Source: Tubiluchus corallicola (lineage: Eukaryota; Animalia; Priapulida). Taken from it: a DNA stretch of 64,000 nt. How positions within the stretch are numbered: position 1 is the first letter of the stretch; every line of letters begins with the position of its first letter. Positions 13,301 to 25,700 of the stretch are shown in pieces. The position numbers and the translations under genes were made by a program. The notes beneath the pieces were generated by a model, which was given only the letters and a program-made list of their open reading frames with translations, made no database searches and was not told the origin of the DNA. The stretch is taken from positions 806,001-870,000 of the forward strand of contig JAQGDQ010000041.1 in assembly GCA_030141605.1 (NCBI GenBank). Direction: 5' to 3'.

Positions 13301-13567
13301 GTCGTTTCAACAATTTTGCGACGAAATCCAGAGCTAAAATTTTCTGCTGCATTAGATATGGACAAGATGGTTACAGAAGCTTTTGAATATTTTAAAGAAG
13401 ATAAGAAATGCAAGTCTGATTCCATGGAAAGTTTTTTTGACACGCCTCCTGACATTATACGTGGAACAACTAGTTACCTTGCAAAAGCTGCTGTTAACAA
13501 TCTTTTATTAGGGGAGATGGCAAAAGGTCAGTCAGTCGACGGAAATGTTACTTGCAAGATGATGTGA
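10367..13567 (+). CDS. PHKB: Phosphorylase b kinase regulatory subunit beta, 1066 aa, uninterrupted CDS
   Basis: Collinear with vertebrate PHKB motifs along its whole length: YQSPTxGxFP, RLDDDKGRxHEL, YGHLQID, PDYGMWERG, LLPRES, GFKRFLRDGY, GIQSQTPHQIEPIQIW, LKIRIGW, HLPQQPTLSD. C-terminal CaaX prenylation motif CKMM. In-frame TAA at 10340-10342 precedes the ATG; AATAAA near 14179. Confidence 0.97.
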   Translation: MERNTSLTDKTLLFDHEDTLQLLDQYYRRVKRLILRYQSPTIGIFPQTGGAHTDVGWVRDSIYCGMAVWSLYQAYNRLDDDKGRIHELGQSAVKAMRGILFCWMRQAADKIEPFKQHQGPQFALHSKFHYKTGDIVADYNQYGHLQIDVVALYLLTLVQMISSGLQIVYTMDEALFIQNLVYYIERAYRTPDYGMWERGTRYNNGQCELHASSIGMTKAALEAMNGFNVFGSFGTSSSVIYVDIDAYNRNRTIFETLLPRESSSKNTDASLLPTMMFPCHAIHDEKLKNRTLDKAERKLRGKCGFKRFLRDGYKTVLEDTNRLHYDLGETKNFDSIESEWPMFDLFFLIDGIFKGDESQVNFYQERVDENVKISPEGDNMLPMYYYVQQMDIEDARKDPQTVSRRSSKEWVDGQVHLWGNAMYIIACLLVDNLLNINEVDPIRRYLPASERPRKSTRYSFFRGASSGLIVQVVLIAESSRLQSILATYGIQSQTPHQIEPIQIWSAWELVKAYEHMGLNSKLGLTGRPSRPIGVLGTSKIYRICGKLVLCYPIIFEQSDFYLSHDLDLVIDDIKADITFLDKFWKLSGRPTFCMLIRESDLRQGPHFAEMLKLLASFKRGDCDGVKIRTGQLQNLISTSCIEHLDFLQSMPEIVSSFKSFEEVTSASSYKSLTDIPKAMRKASMYGFRVEDYENRSTWEICQQLKNCSSLRVQSGLLNILLKREGVSYCIEDGTVTDMIEKVAKQAAAIKHWQVVRFCFSILHKMVDSLVPSITSVLVRGKQVTIGIFGHKEYVIAKPITPAEMKEHIYALCQPYDICQAVLQQEIIISIGKLVSTKPELFDGILKIRIGWMIHAMKLELVYSKNEISDASKIEELSPSVVKKLLVKVLDKDLGHRTALQKRQLNGALNRVPDDFYDRVWEILERTPGGITVAGGHLPQQPTLSDLTIYERSFSLKVENLLSKIVDPAYGQIIVEMFMVVSTILRRNPELKFSAALDMDKMVTEAFEYFKEDKKCKSDSMESFFDTPPDIIRGTTSYLAKAAVNNLLLGEMAKGQSVDGNVTCKMM

Positions 13568-16500
13568 GAATATGTAATTTGCTTTTATCTTTGAAGACCA
13601 GTGAAATTGAGAATTAATTCTGTTTTGTGGACTGTTACTTTAGTGTATAATTTTAATATGACATATAATAGCTTATTTTCAGGTGACATGATCTCAGTTT
13701 CTAATTGAAAGTATTGCATCTAGTCATTATTATTACACTTATGTATGAAGTTTAGTTTTAGTTATTGTAATAACTGAATATTGGAGTGTATATTTGTTAT
13801 TACTAAAATTTAATCTAAATTTCATGTCACTCATTGCACATTTCTTAGGACAGCTGTGGATACAGTTATTTATGATTAGATTTATTATTTATTCATATAT
13901 TTATTAGTTATATTTTGACATTGACCTTATTTTACATACAGGGCTCAGTAGGCATGTTCTATCCGTTAGTATCCTGAATGTGTAGCAGTTGTAAAACATT
14001 AATTGTGGATATTTTTAATTGTCCACGTGAATCATGAATAACTAGTTAAAGTTATGGTATTTGTAAAAATTTGTTTGTGATATATGATTATGTCTTTTTT
14101 TTTGCCCTGTTCGGCAAGTTGTTGTTAATTTTTCTTCATTATTTTAACTGATTTATACACGTGTTAAAAAAGTTGTTAATAAATGAGTGAATGGAAAGTT
14201 GTTATAATATTGTGTGAATTATTGCTATATTTGATTAGTAACAGAGCATTTTTTGTCTGCTATAGGATGTATATCTATATCATCCTCATCCCTCGTGAAA
14301 TACCAAAATTTAATATTAGATTCTTGTACATTTAATTTTACAGTGTGAATTATGTTAACAATTGCACCACAGGAATTAATAATAGTTTCTGTCAAGTTTC
14401 ATTGAACCTCTTTTTTAGTACCAATGAAGCTTGTGTAGCTTATGCAGCGAAGGCTTGATAACATAATTGGTTAGTGCCACCACTGTTCTAAGACCTTGTT
14501 ATTTAATGAATGCTGGAGTAAAGTGAAATGTTGAGGTAAATTGGAAACCGATCAGACAGGTACTTCAACACTCCCATTGTTAAACAAAATGCAGTAGCAT
14601 AGCAGTGCTTTCTTGAATGTTGGTGCTGATCAGTCCTTCAAAAAATAAACTCAAATGTGGTAAATTGGTTCGCGCATGTGTTAGTACTGAAATGTCCGTG
14701 TCCGTTTACTATGTTTTTTGACACGAGTAAAAACAAATTGAACATTACTGTAAAGATTACACCAGAATGAAAATGGACAAATTAATCATTATCAGTGACC
14801 TTGTCATAATTGCATAATACTCATCATCTATAAGGAAATCCCGCATGTACATGTACTTAATTATTGCTGCAGTATTGCTGTTAATGCTGATATGACGTAC
14901 ATAATGCAAGCATTTATTAGCTCTTGTTGACAGTCAAAAATGTTTTGCAATAGCAGTCAAACAAAAATAACTATAAAAATTAATGTCATTACTTAGTGTT
15001 GGTAATGCTTTCTTTTTTCTGATAAACAATTATTTTATGTATTTCTGTGAGTATCAATAGTATTCAAACGTGTTTTAATTATATGACACTAACTCAGTGG
15101 TATCACATGCGCTTATATAGGTGTTCTGATGTAGGCACACATTGCATAATATACTACATCACCAACATATTACAGACTTGTATCATTATTGTCAACATCT
15201 ACTAAAACTTACTAGCGTATCAACAGAAGTTAGTGTACCATTAATTTCATACTGCAGCCAGTATTATAGCTATTATGAATACATGCCTTCAAAAGGTTAA
15301 CATACCTATCTATAAGTAATATCTATCTAACACCACTTATAAGTGAAAAATCATGTGTAACTGACTAGTTGTGTCAGTAAAGAATCAGTGGCTGCCAACT
15401 TTTTTCAGCTCATAACTTGGCGCGGGCTTTCTGAAAAAACACCAAGACACATTACAGACCACGATAGAGTTGACTTTATGCAAATATGCATTTTACTACT
15501 GGTACTTTTACAAAATATATTATGTTAACTTAATGTCAAAGTGTGAAACTGGGCATTCTATGGACTGCCTAGACATTTTATGGTGTGCAAAAACAAGCCA
15601 GTTAAAGTGTCTAAAATAATTTCTTCTACCATTTTTCTTGGCATTATGATGTAAAATGCAAAACTTTTGTTAGGCAAAACACGTAAGTCTTAGATTTTGA
15701 TTTTACTTTTCCTTGGCATTTTATATAATGCCAGTTTTGTTCCAGAGAACGTGTGAAATAAGGCTACTGAACTGCTGAAAGCCATGCCCACTGGTTGGTT
15801 GGGAACTGCTGGCTTAATTTGCTTCTGTCCAGATAAAATAACACTGTGTCCTTACGTTTCTTGGATCTTGGTAAAACTGGAAAATGGAAAGATGCGTTTC
15901 ACTCAAACAAAACATTTTCTTTGAGCGAATAGTCGTGAAAAGATCTTTGCCTGGAAACGCGCGCTCATTGCACTGATTAGCGATCAACATTGTCATGGGT
16001 TTCTTGCATTGGATTATAGGTGTAATGTTAAAGACAACATAAGTAAACGTTAGTTGGTAAGTACATGTAAGTAAACATTGTGGTTAAAACCAATAAAAGT
16101 AAAAACTATTAAAATGTGAAAACAAAATTATGTAAGTACCAAGTTAGGATGTATGATTCTACGACTTTGCGCCAAACACTTTCAAACTTAGTGGTTAAAT
16201 TTTAGTTGGCGAAAGTATATAAAGGACAATTACAATACGTAGTGAGTAATGACTGCTGAAAGAAGGATTGTTGAAGTTTGAATAATCTTATTAATGTCTG
16301 GGTAGTCTATCGTTTTAGCGCCTCCGACCGCATTTTATTACGAAAACACCAAACAATGCAATAATAGCAAAACACTTTATGATAACATGCTATACGTACT
16401 TACATTAATTTCATAATAAAATCGACATGCCATGATATCTGTATAAATTGTTGCTTGCATTATAGTCAGAAGCATTACTAGTGTGACTATAATGCAATTA

Positions 16501-16744
16501 ATGATGCTGGTGTTAGGGTGCAAAAAAGTTAAGGTAAACATGTTGGAATGATAGTGGAGAGTGTGGGAGATGGGAATTATTAGGATTAGGTTAGTGAAAT
16601 GATGAGAATGAATATGAGATTGCTATTAGGACATCGCAAAAATATATACACATTTATGAACAGAAGTACACTATGGGCCAGTCTGTCGCTTACCGTGACC
16701 CTGAACGTGCGTCATATACTATACAAGCTCAACCTTTAATACAA

Positions 16745-17030
16745 ATTTAAGAGTGCGTAATATATGCAGGTGTTTTGTTCCACATTGTAGGACCAATAAA
16801 TGAGATCAAAAATTTCGCAACATTAGTCCTACGCCGGATAACTTGATACTCGTTAAATCTAGTATTGTAATTTTTTTTATTAAGATTAACAGGATTAACG
16901 GAAAAGGATGGCAGAGATTTATAGTGAGTTTTGTGCATGAATAATTTTTGAATATGCTTATATTATATTTAATTAAGTCCTCAATAGTCATTTGTTTGAA
17001 ATCTTTGAGGTGCCAATTCAAAAGAGGCTT
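16745..17030 (-). mobile_element. LINE (CR1/L2-like) ORF2 3' fragment
   Basis: YNTRFNEYQVIRRRTNVAKFLISFIGPTMWNKTP matches the HxYxTR...SFxGPxxWNxLP ORF2 C-terminus; frameshifted. Confidence 0.7.
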
Positions 17031-18461
17031 GAATTTAGATAGGCCTTGAAAAATGAGATAAACTGGGCGTCCAGAAATGTTCAGTCACCCCAAAAGATTG
17101 GCTTTTTTTGGATCGATCCGAAAAAGGTGCGAGACATGAAAAAGACAAGTTGTAGATGGCGAGCAGGGAATAGTTAATTTTAATCGAGTGGATCTCAACT
17201 CTTACCATATCTTCTTAAGCCCATTACTCAAAACTTTCTCTATAAATTTATTTGCATTGGTAAATTCTTGCCATTAAATTTTAATCTGTTTTGTTCATCT
17301 GCCATCGTCGTTGTCATCATCATTACCTCTTGCATGTACTTAAATAAGTTACGGATTTTTGCTCACTTTCAGCATGCTGTCTTGTGAGCATATAGTGAAT
17401 GCCAGAGTGGTTACTTAGTTTATAGAGATTAGTTTTAGCTTGTTAAAATAATTAATTAGTTAGTTTGTCAGGGTCAGCTAGCCAAGTTTCAGAGTTATTG
17501 TACTACCATCATTACTATTTTTTCATTATGCACTAGACAGCAGGATTCACCAAAAAACATTGTATTAATAGTCTATGGGTTGTTTGTAGTTGGCAATAGT
17601 ATTTGCAGAGCTCTGCAAATAGCTAGCTTAATCACCCAGCCTAATATAGGTGTTGATATTGGGCGAGTTTGGGCGACCGGTAGGACTGTAGTGACACCTA
17701 GGTCACGATACAATATATATCATAACACTGGCCTCACGATACGATGAATATTATGATACGCCTGAGCTGAAATTCATTAAAAAAACTAGATGAAGCTGTT
17801 AATAATAAAATGCTATATATATATTTAAACACCATGTGGGATGTTTGTGCTGGCTTGACTATGGAGCATGCAAACTTGTCACTAACCTTGGACGATGCTC
17901 GACCTTGGATAACATAGACTTCTGATGCTGAAGGTCTTGGATAATAATTGCGTGTAAAGACAACTGGTACTTATTGCAGTGGACACACACGTTAGACTTC
18001 AAGCTCAAGAAAGCTAGGTGTAGCATGGCTTTTTACAATGAACTTTATAATATGTTTACCCAATAAATGTCCACCTATGTCAACAGAGAGGTGTATGAGA
18101 GATTGCAAAAATTGCTTTTCCACGCACGTGGTGATGATTTTGCTGTCATGGCACTCGCATGCTTAGTGGGTTTTCTGACATCCACATTTCAGAAAATAAG
18201 AGCATTTCAGAAATAAGAGCATTTAATTGAAGGCCAAATCAACGACTGCAGTTATGAAAAAAATGCTTTTTTGGTGTTATGCACAGCAACTTTTGAATAA
18301 GCACTAAATGTTCAATCTTTAAATTTCTGGCAATTTTCAGTGTACAACCTAGCCTTGCGTTATTTTTGTCACATTTTGGTGTTAAAGTTATGCTTTGTGG
18401 CTGTGCCACACAAAAAGAAACATTATAATTGGTCCTTTTTCTTTGGATAAGTATTAGTAAG

Positions 18462-19233
18462 GTGGTGCGCTATAAAAATGGCACAGGTAAAGATGGTACA
18501 GGAAAAAATGGCACAGGTAAAAAAACTTACTAGTCTGATTCTTTTGATTAAACAAATTAACGCAAAGATAAACAAGCAACCATACAAAAATGTAACTGTA
18601 TAGGTACCAGCAAAAGGCTCATAAAATATTTGTTCATTAAATAGTATTATAATAAATAATGCACGAATGTTCCACATAGTATTTATCTATCTTTTTAACC
18701 ATTCATTTTGGTGATGGTAATAGACTGAAAAATATATACACATTTGCGTACGAAGTCACTTTATGCTATTTTGTCAGCTATACACATTAATAAACAAAGG
18801 TCTGTAGACAGCCTTACACAGTTTTACATATCAGAATTTCTCAAAATGGAATTAAAACTAAATTGCAGTTGTTTGTCCAGGTAGAGATAGCAAAAAAGAA
18901 GTACTAAACACTTGCTCTTAGACCTTCACAAAGTGCTTCACAGATATTTTTTGTACGTGATGTACGGTCAAGTTTTGCAAGAAATGAACAGGTGAAAAGA
19001 TTCCAATTTTTCACACCCTATATCCTCTTTTCTTCACGACGTTACTTGGAAATATGTTAGATAGTTTTACTGCAATAAAGGACAAAAAACAACCAAACAA
19101 ACTGTGTTGAAGCATATCTTCCTTGGAACAGGTAAAGATAGCTAAAATAATTATCCCCCACTGCAGTCCTAACCCTGAACACGTATTTTATTAAGTGCGC
19201 CATTTTTTCCTGTGCCATTTTTACCTACATTTG
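18462..19233. mobile_element. Non-autonomous foldback/MITE-like element with inverted arrays of the ~15-bp unit AAAAATGGCACAGG
   Basis: Left end aaaaatggcacaggtaaagatggtacagg..., right end ...cctgtgccatttttacctacatttg. The interior matches 27891-29070 in reverse complement (for example gcttcaacacagtttgtttg). Confidence 0.8.
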
Positions 19234-19779
19234 TGTAAGGCATAAGGCGTCCAGACCTATCAGGTCGCATTACACATGAGATTTTCGCTATTAATCCTCG
19301 ACTCATGATATCATGCACAGCTCTGTTAATCACGTGCATTCTTACTTCATCACAACTCTCAGTGACTTCATTAGCTGATCAACCTCATAACGTTTGCCTT
19401 TTACACTCACCGAGCTTGAAGTGCAATAGAGTGAAGCTTGTTTAAAACAATAGGTTTAATAAGAGCAACTATTCCACATTGTAGAAGATATTGTGAATTG
19501 AACTTTAGGCTGTTGCATCAATTGCATCCACTATCGTCTCTTTATTGCGCTGAGTTTATGATTACAATGCAAACAATGATTATTACAATGTATGATTATT
19601 GCAGCCTTTATTACATTTAGGCAATGATGATATAGTATTTTTGTCAAGTCTCAGTACTATTTTGTAGTATCATTTAATTAAGTAGTTTAGTTGGCCAGGG
19701 AAGTTAAAAAAATCTTTTTCTGTTTTACAAAATTAATTTTCTAACTTTGTCACTATTTTTTAATATTTTGAATGTATAG

Positions 19780-22700
19780 GCAAATATTTGAAGTTACAAA
19801 AAAGAATGAAGGGACATACTAATAGACTTCAAGCAAAGCTTCGTGAAAGGTTAAAATGCTTTTTCGAACAAAGGTGCGAGTGGTATCCATCTTTGGAAGC
19901 AGAAATCCCAGCTAAGTGGCAAAGGCATGGTGATCTACTTCTCTTTCCTTGCACTGCTTTCTCGAGCAGTATTTGGGAGAAATATGGTATGTTTCAATTA
20001 ACTTAGGTGTGTTATTAATGTAAGTAAGGTAGTGTTCATTATTTATAATTAATTATAGTTAGTTAAGTCATATATTGTATACACTTCATACATACATTAC
20101 ATAATTATTATTTCATTATTATTTCATCATCAGGCTTATACAATAGTGTGTATAGTATATGCATTAACATTAAAAAAAGCAGAAGATTCCCTAAATTGTA
20201 GGTAATCGTAATTATCTTGAGGGTTTAGCGAGCAGTTTGACTAATTCGAGACTTACCCAGGTAATACCAATACCAAAATTAAATGGATAACAATTGTTGT
20301 TATTATTGCTTTTATAATAAGATACATTTTGCCTAGAATTGGATATGTGTACTGGGGCCTTGCAAGTCTTTTTTTAAAAGCTCAAGTTTTTCTGGAATTT
20401 ATTAAAACTTAGAGGACCAAATATAGCAAGGAAGTGTTTTATTATGCCGTGTAATCAAAATAATGTGCGTGTGATGCATTGGTCAAGGGGTTGTAATGAG
20501 TAATAATCGAAACCGCTAGCTGTACCAGTTTGCATGTGCATCCAAAACTGGACCAAAACCACCTCTTTCCTATGCAGGTAGTTGCATATTAGCTCTTCAC
20601 AAGTATAAGCAAAACTTGACATTTAAACTCTCGTCACTTTTTCCAGTCTTTAAGGGCATTTTTCACGTCGAAAAAGAAAAAGTTGGTCACGCCACAGAAA
20701 ACTTGACTTGGTAAACTTGTGACTTTTTTCCATATGAAAATATTTCTTAAAAATTGGGTATGTGACATTTGGGCATGGCCATTTGAGCACGAGACATTTG
20801 GGCATGGAACATTTGGGCGCCAACAAAATTTTATGTACCTAAATTTTTTTTATTTTTGTTTATTCAATTTTTGATAATTCACAATGTTCCTAAATGTTTC
20901 TATGTTCACTAAAACCAGTTAATTGCTTTTCTGTACTTTCTCCACCTTCAATACTAGCCTCTGTTTAGTTTTCAAAATGAACAGTTAAAGTGTGTCAGTA
21001 ACATAAACAGTGAGATTTAGTTGTTCATTATAAGCAATGCTTATTCCAAGTGAGACAACGATAATTCCAGTGTTAACGTGTAACTGTTCATTGAGTGGTT
21101 GGTATGAATCACTTTCAAGGTTAAGCTTCATCATGGCATCTCTTATGAAATGTAAGATTTGATTCAGCATTCAGAAGTAAGAGTTTTTATGCAGGTATTT
21201 CTAGTGTCAATTAGACAATCATATTCACGAAAATAATTATTTATTTGCTTACACAAACTTTAGGTACATTTCAAAAGTAACATTTAACTAAGCAATCAAA
21301 AGGGCTCACCTAATAAGCCAACTATAGACATCACGTTTTGTAGTGCAACACAGAAATTATTTTCTTGCACAAGCGCAGCATGCATCGATTCTGGCACCCA
21401 AATGTCTCGTACCTAAGTGTCTGGTGCCCAGATGTCCCGTCTCCATAAAAATGTGTGTAGGAGATCCTAAAGGTCATTCCTTTTTTTACTGATATGTGTA
21501 TAACTTTTTAATATGACTTTTAATACCTTTAGCACTAATTTCTAAAGTAAAAACTTAATAGCTCGCAACTATTTCTTTGCAGGTAATGAGGTCTGGAAAA
21601 TTGTTGCGCAATGTTTCTCTTGCAAGCGGCTTGGTAAAATTGGTACAATTTATGATAATGATTACAGGTCACCGCAAGTGATTTTGCTGTTAGGCGAAGA
21701 TACTTGGGTTACTCACAAAGAAAATCATATAAGGTGCCACTATGTGATTATCAAATGTACCATTAATTAAAGGTTTTATGATTGTAAATATTAAATTGGA
21801 ATGGTAACAATTGTGTTTTTAGGTGATAACAGTTGTATTTTAGACTTATTTTACATAATTCAGTTGCTATAGCAAAATCTTCTTGAAACTCGTGCACTTA
21901 TATCTTTAATTATTTACTAGCAAAGGCCCCGCAAAAGATTTTGCGTAAAAAACCACGTATAATCAATAACACGCGAACATTCTACCTAGTCCTCATTTAT
22001 TACACAAAGCCCGTAACATCCTGCCTACTGTATGTTTACTTACCTAACGCAAAGCAGCAGCTTTTACTGAATTAAAGCTATAAGATTATAGACAGAATAC
22101 AATGGATGACGTCACAACAATATATCTTTAATTATTTATTTATTCTCCATAAACATAATTTACTTAATAACTTGTTAGCCCTGTGAGCTATGGTTGCTAG
22201 CCGTGGCCTGGGGAAGGGCAGCAACTTGGTTTTCAATGTGGTATTTGACTAGCCTGTATACTGCACTAGTTTTCCAAATAGTTGGCGCATGTACAGTAGT
22301 GCAAGTGAAGTATATGGGTAGTGCACATAACATGGATTTCTGCCTACCCACTACCCATGCCGGTAATAGACATGGTCGTTCATCAACATTATTTCATGCT
22401 TAAAATGAATGGGCGAAGCATGAAAATACATATCAAATAATTGGATCGAGAAATTTCACACTTCGAGAAAGTGTAGAATTGCTCAAAAGTACTGCTTAAA
22501 GTAAAAGCCCAGCCTCATCATTCACCAACAATTTTTAGCAAAAGTTTTAGGAATGTGTTGAAATGATATTCCAGTCACTTTTGTAAAATAATTAACTAAT
22601 TAAGTTAATAATTGGTCGATTTTATGTACGCCAGTTACACATTTAAATCAGAGATCGGGCGACCATTCACTGATGATGTCAAGGCAGAAGTGGTCACGTG

Positions 22701-25700
22701 CTTAGTAATGATCTGGCCTATTTTAGCCTGAAGTGGCATTTATGTATTTTCCACCTGTGGAACAGCCTGCAGAATAGCCTGCGGAAAAGATCAATAGGAA
22801 ATAGCTGCAGAAAGTGAACAACACGTATACAGGTTGCATAAGTGGGTGCATTGAAAACAGTATAAACCGATTTTATCTATTCTGCACTCCCTAAATCCGC
22901 ATGCTATATAAACAATGTGGTGGCTAATGCATGAAAATGTATATAGGAGATAGCATTAATGCTATGCTCAAATATTATTTTAAAACTGCTATTTTGTCAA
23001 AATGTTACGCTAAATTTTATCCTGTACCTTAACCACTGTTCACTTTTATACATAAGAGTCATGATACAAACAGTCTTCTATCCCACCTTATTATTTTCTT
23101 ATGGTATCAGAGGTCTGCAGGCTTAGTTCAATCACAAAAACGATTTTACAAAATAAAAATAAAAGACAGTCAATCATTCTTTTTGTTATAAGGTGTGGGG
23201 TAGTAGAAATGTCCTAGTTTAATTGTTTAATTTTCAGAAAAGGACAAAGGACATGTACTGAGAATGTACAGAGAGGCAGTGCCAGAATACTTGTTATTCT
23301 TGCAGTGTTTCTAAACAAACATATTATTAGTGTACTTTGTTATGTTATTGCTATTCTTATCTATGATTGCAAATATGGCTTCTGTAATGAAGACTAAAAT
23401 TTCTAAGTGCACGAAATTATAATTATTATATTTACTAGTATTAATATTTTAGTATTTTAGTCAACATTCAAGGCACCAGTTCGTTAATATCCTTGACTAC
23501 AAGCGCAGCTGGACATGCAACGAGAGTTTTCCACACACCTGGAATATATTTAATTTATTATATACAGTTAAAGCAGGATTGTTTAATTTCTAACAGTCAA
23601 GGGCTGTAATAAAACATGGAAAAATTATAAAAAATGAGTGGGCACTCGCTTTAAGTCTACTTTTTGATGATACAGTGGGCTTGCTTCTAATAAGTAACTT
23701 ATTAAAAATTGGCTCTGATTGAAATTGTGACCACTAACATGATTTGTAATGTGCAGATTCAATTTTATACTAGTAGTATTTAATATTAGCTGCCCAATAC
23801 TTTTCCACCTAATACTTCCATAAATATTTGTTAATATTTCATTAAATTGACATCCTATACTTTTATTCCACACTGTATTATTATTTTTTGGGCCAACATT
23901 TCCACTCTATACTGTTATTCCTCCCATACCATTATTTAGAATGCGAAAGTAACTTGTGCTTGGCTCAAAACAAAAAAATTGTAGCAAACCCTTTGTTAAT
24001 TGCTTAATTAATTAGAGCTGTTTAATTAATTACTGTTAAATTAACTAAACAAAAGATCATGAAGAGTAGGAGTGTAGGATAAAAAATACTTATAAAGCCC
24101 CATCTGAAATTTCAGTAGGAGTTTCATTTTATATGAGTTTGTATTACAGTAAGCGCCGCTTAATAGACTCATGGTTAATAAACTCAATTGCTTAATTGAC
24201 TCAAAAATGCCTGACAGGGACTGCTTCTATTCAAATGTACATAAAAACTGTCAGTAATTGAATCAAATAACTCTGCATAATTGACTCTATATTTTTCCTT
24301 CACATACTTAAAATAAGACATTTGTATGTGCCCAAAGAGCCTTTCCTAGTTTTTTATGTCATCTTTACTTCACTTTTGTTCGCTATAATATATGTAGAAA
24401 CAATCCTGTTAAGTATCGTTTTGTTCGTAAGCAGTTGCATTTATCATGCGCTAATACGCTAGCGCGTAGCGGTTTTGCTTTGAATCTGTTACCTGCTCTT
24501 CCACTGCAGTTAACCTCTTTACCAAATTGAGTTGGCCATTTAGGCCACATGACAAATAACAAACAGCATTTTTATAAATATGAGAACTTTGTGAGCCAAC
24601 TTCTTTACGAGAAAATGAAGCAGCCGACTTTGAAGGAAATTTTTGCAAATAAACAGACTTGTGTGTTTTAGAAAAGTATAGTTTTTAAATTATTGCTAAT
24701 TCACTTATATAAATTAATATTATAAAATAATTTTTCGAAAAAAAAATTAACTGCACAAAGGAATTTAGGCATAACTTCATTTCTAAAATTTGTTTAAAAC
24801 TTCTGCAGTTCTTATTAAGCTGATGACTCATACTTCTATACCAGTGATACTACTCCCATCGGGAATAGGTTCAGTTGCTTAATTGGGTCAGAACACTTCG
24901 GTCCCAAAGTGAGTCTATTAAGCGGTGCCTACTGTATTTTTAAATTTTGTGAAAGTAACAGTAAGAATTGTTTGCATTTGCAGGTACACATTTGATGTGA
25001 GACAGTGCATGTTTAGTTCAGGAAATGTGACAGAAAGAATGCGAGTTGCTAAATTTGAGTGCAAGGGTGAAACTGTAGTAGATCTATTTGCAGGTGAGCA
25101 TTTGCCAACTTGTGCACATTCTTCTAAATCGACCTTAATTACAGTTTTCATCTGGGTTGGACGAGCATCAATCGGCACATCCGAAATGCTCTGGCAAATC
25201 GCTCAAACATTTTTGCAGGAAGCTTTTACAGGACTGAGTATAAAAAAGTCTGTCAAAAATTGCATTTAGAAATAATTTATAAGGCATTATGTGAATTATG
25301 CAAAAATTTGCGCGACAAACTATCGTGGAACATGTTTTGTTTGGTATAACCAAATAACGACAAATAAAAATTATAGAATAAATATGTAAAAAATGTCCTA
25401 AATTTTAACGAAATATCAAAAATGTTTAGTGTAATGAAATCCTCTTAATGTTGTCAAACATCTAAAACAAAAGCCTAAAAATTGTAACCATTAACTTGTC
25501 TAAATGTATGTAACTTGCAGTAGCATGAAGAGTAAAGGATAAAGTACTATTGGATCAAAACCATTTCAGACAAAGAATTGCTAAGTTTCTAAGAAAATTG
25601 TCTTCAGTTTTTTATTTATAAACAACATATGGGTCTAATTTGCTGAAGCAGGTGAAAATATCTTACGTCTGTACACATCCTTGGCATTCTAATCAAGCAT

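Noticed and set aside
10367-13567. Bacterial horizontal transfer as the reason PHKB has no introns
   Set aside because: The protein is collinear with animal beta subunits, including the CaaX motif, and its base composition resembles the neighbouring exons.
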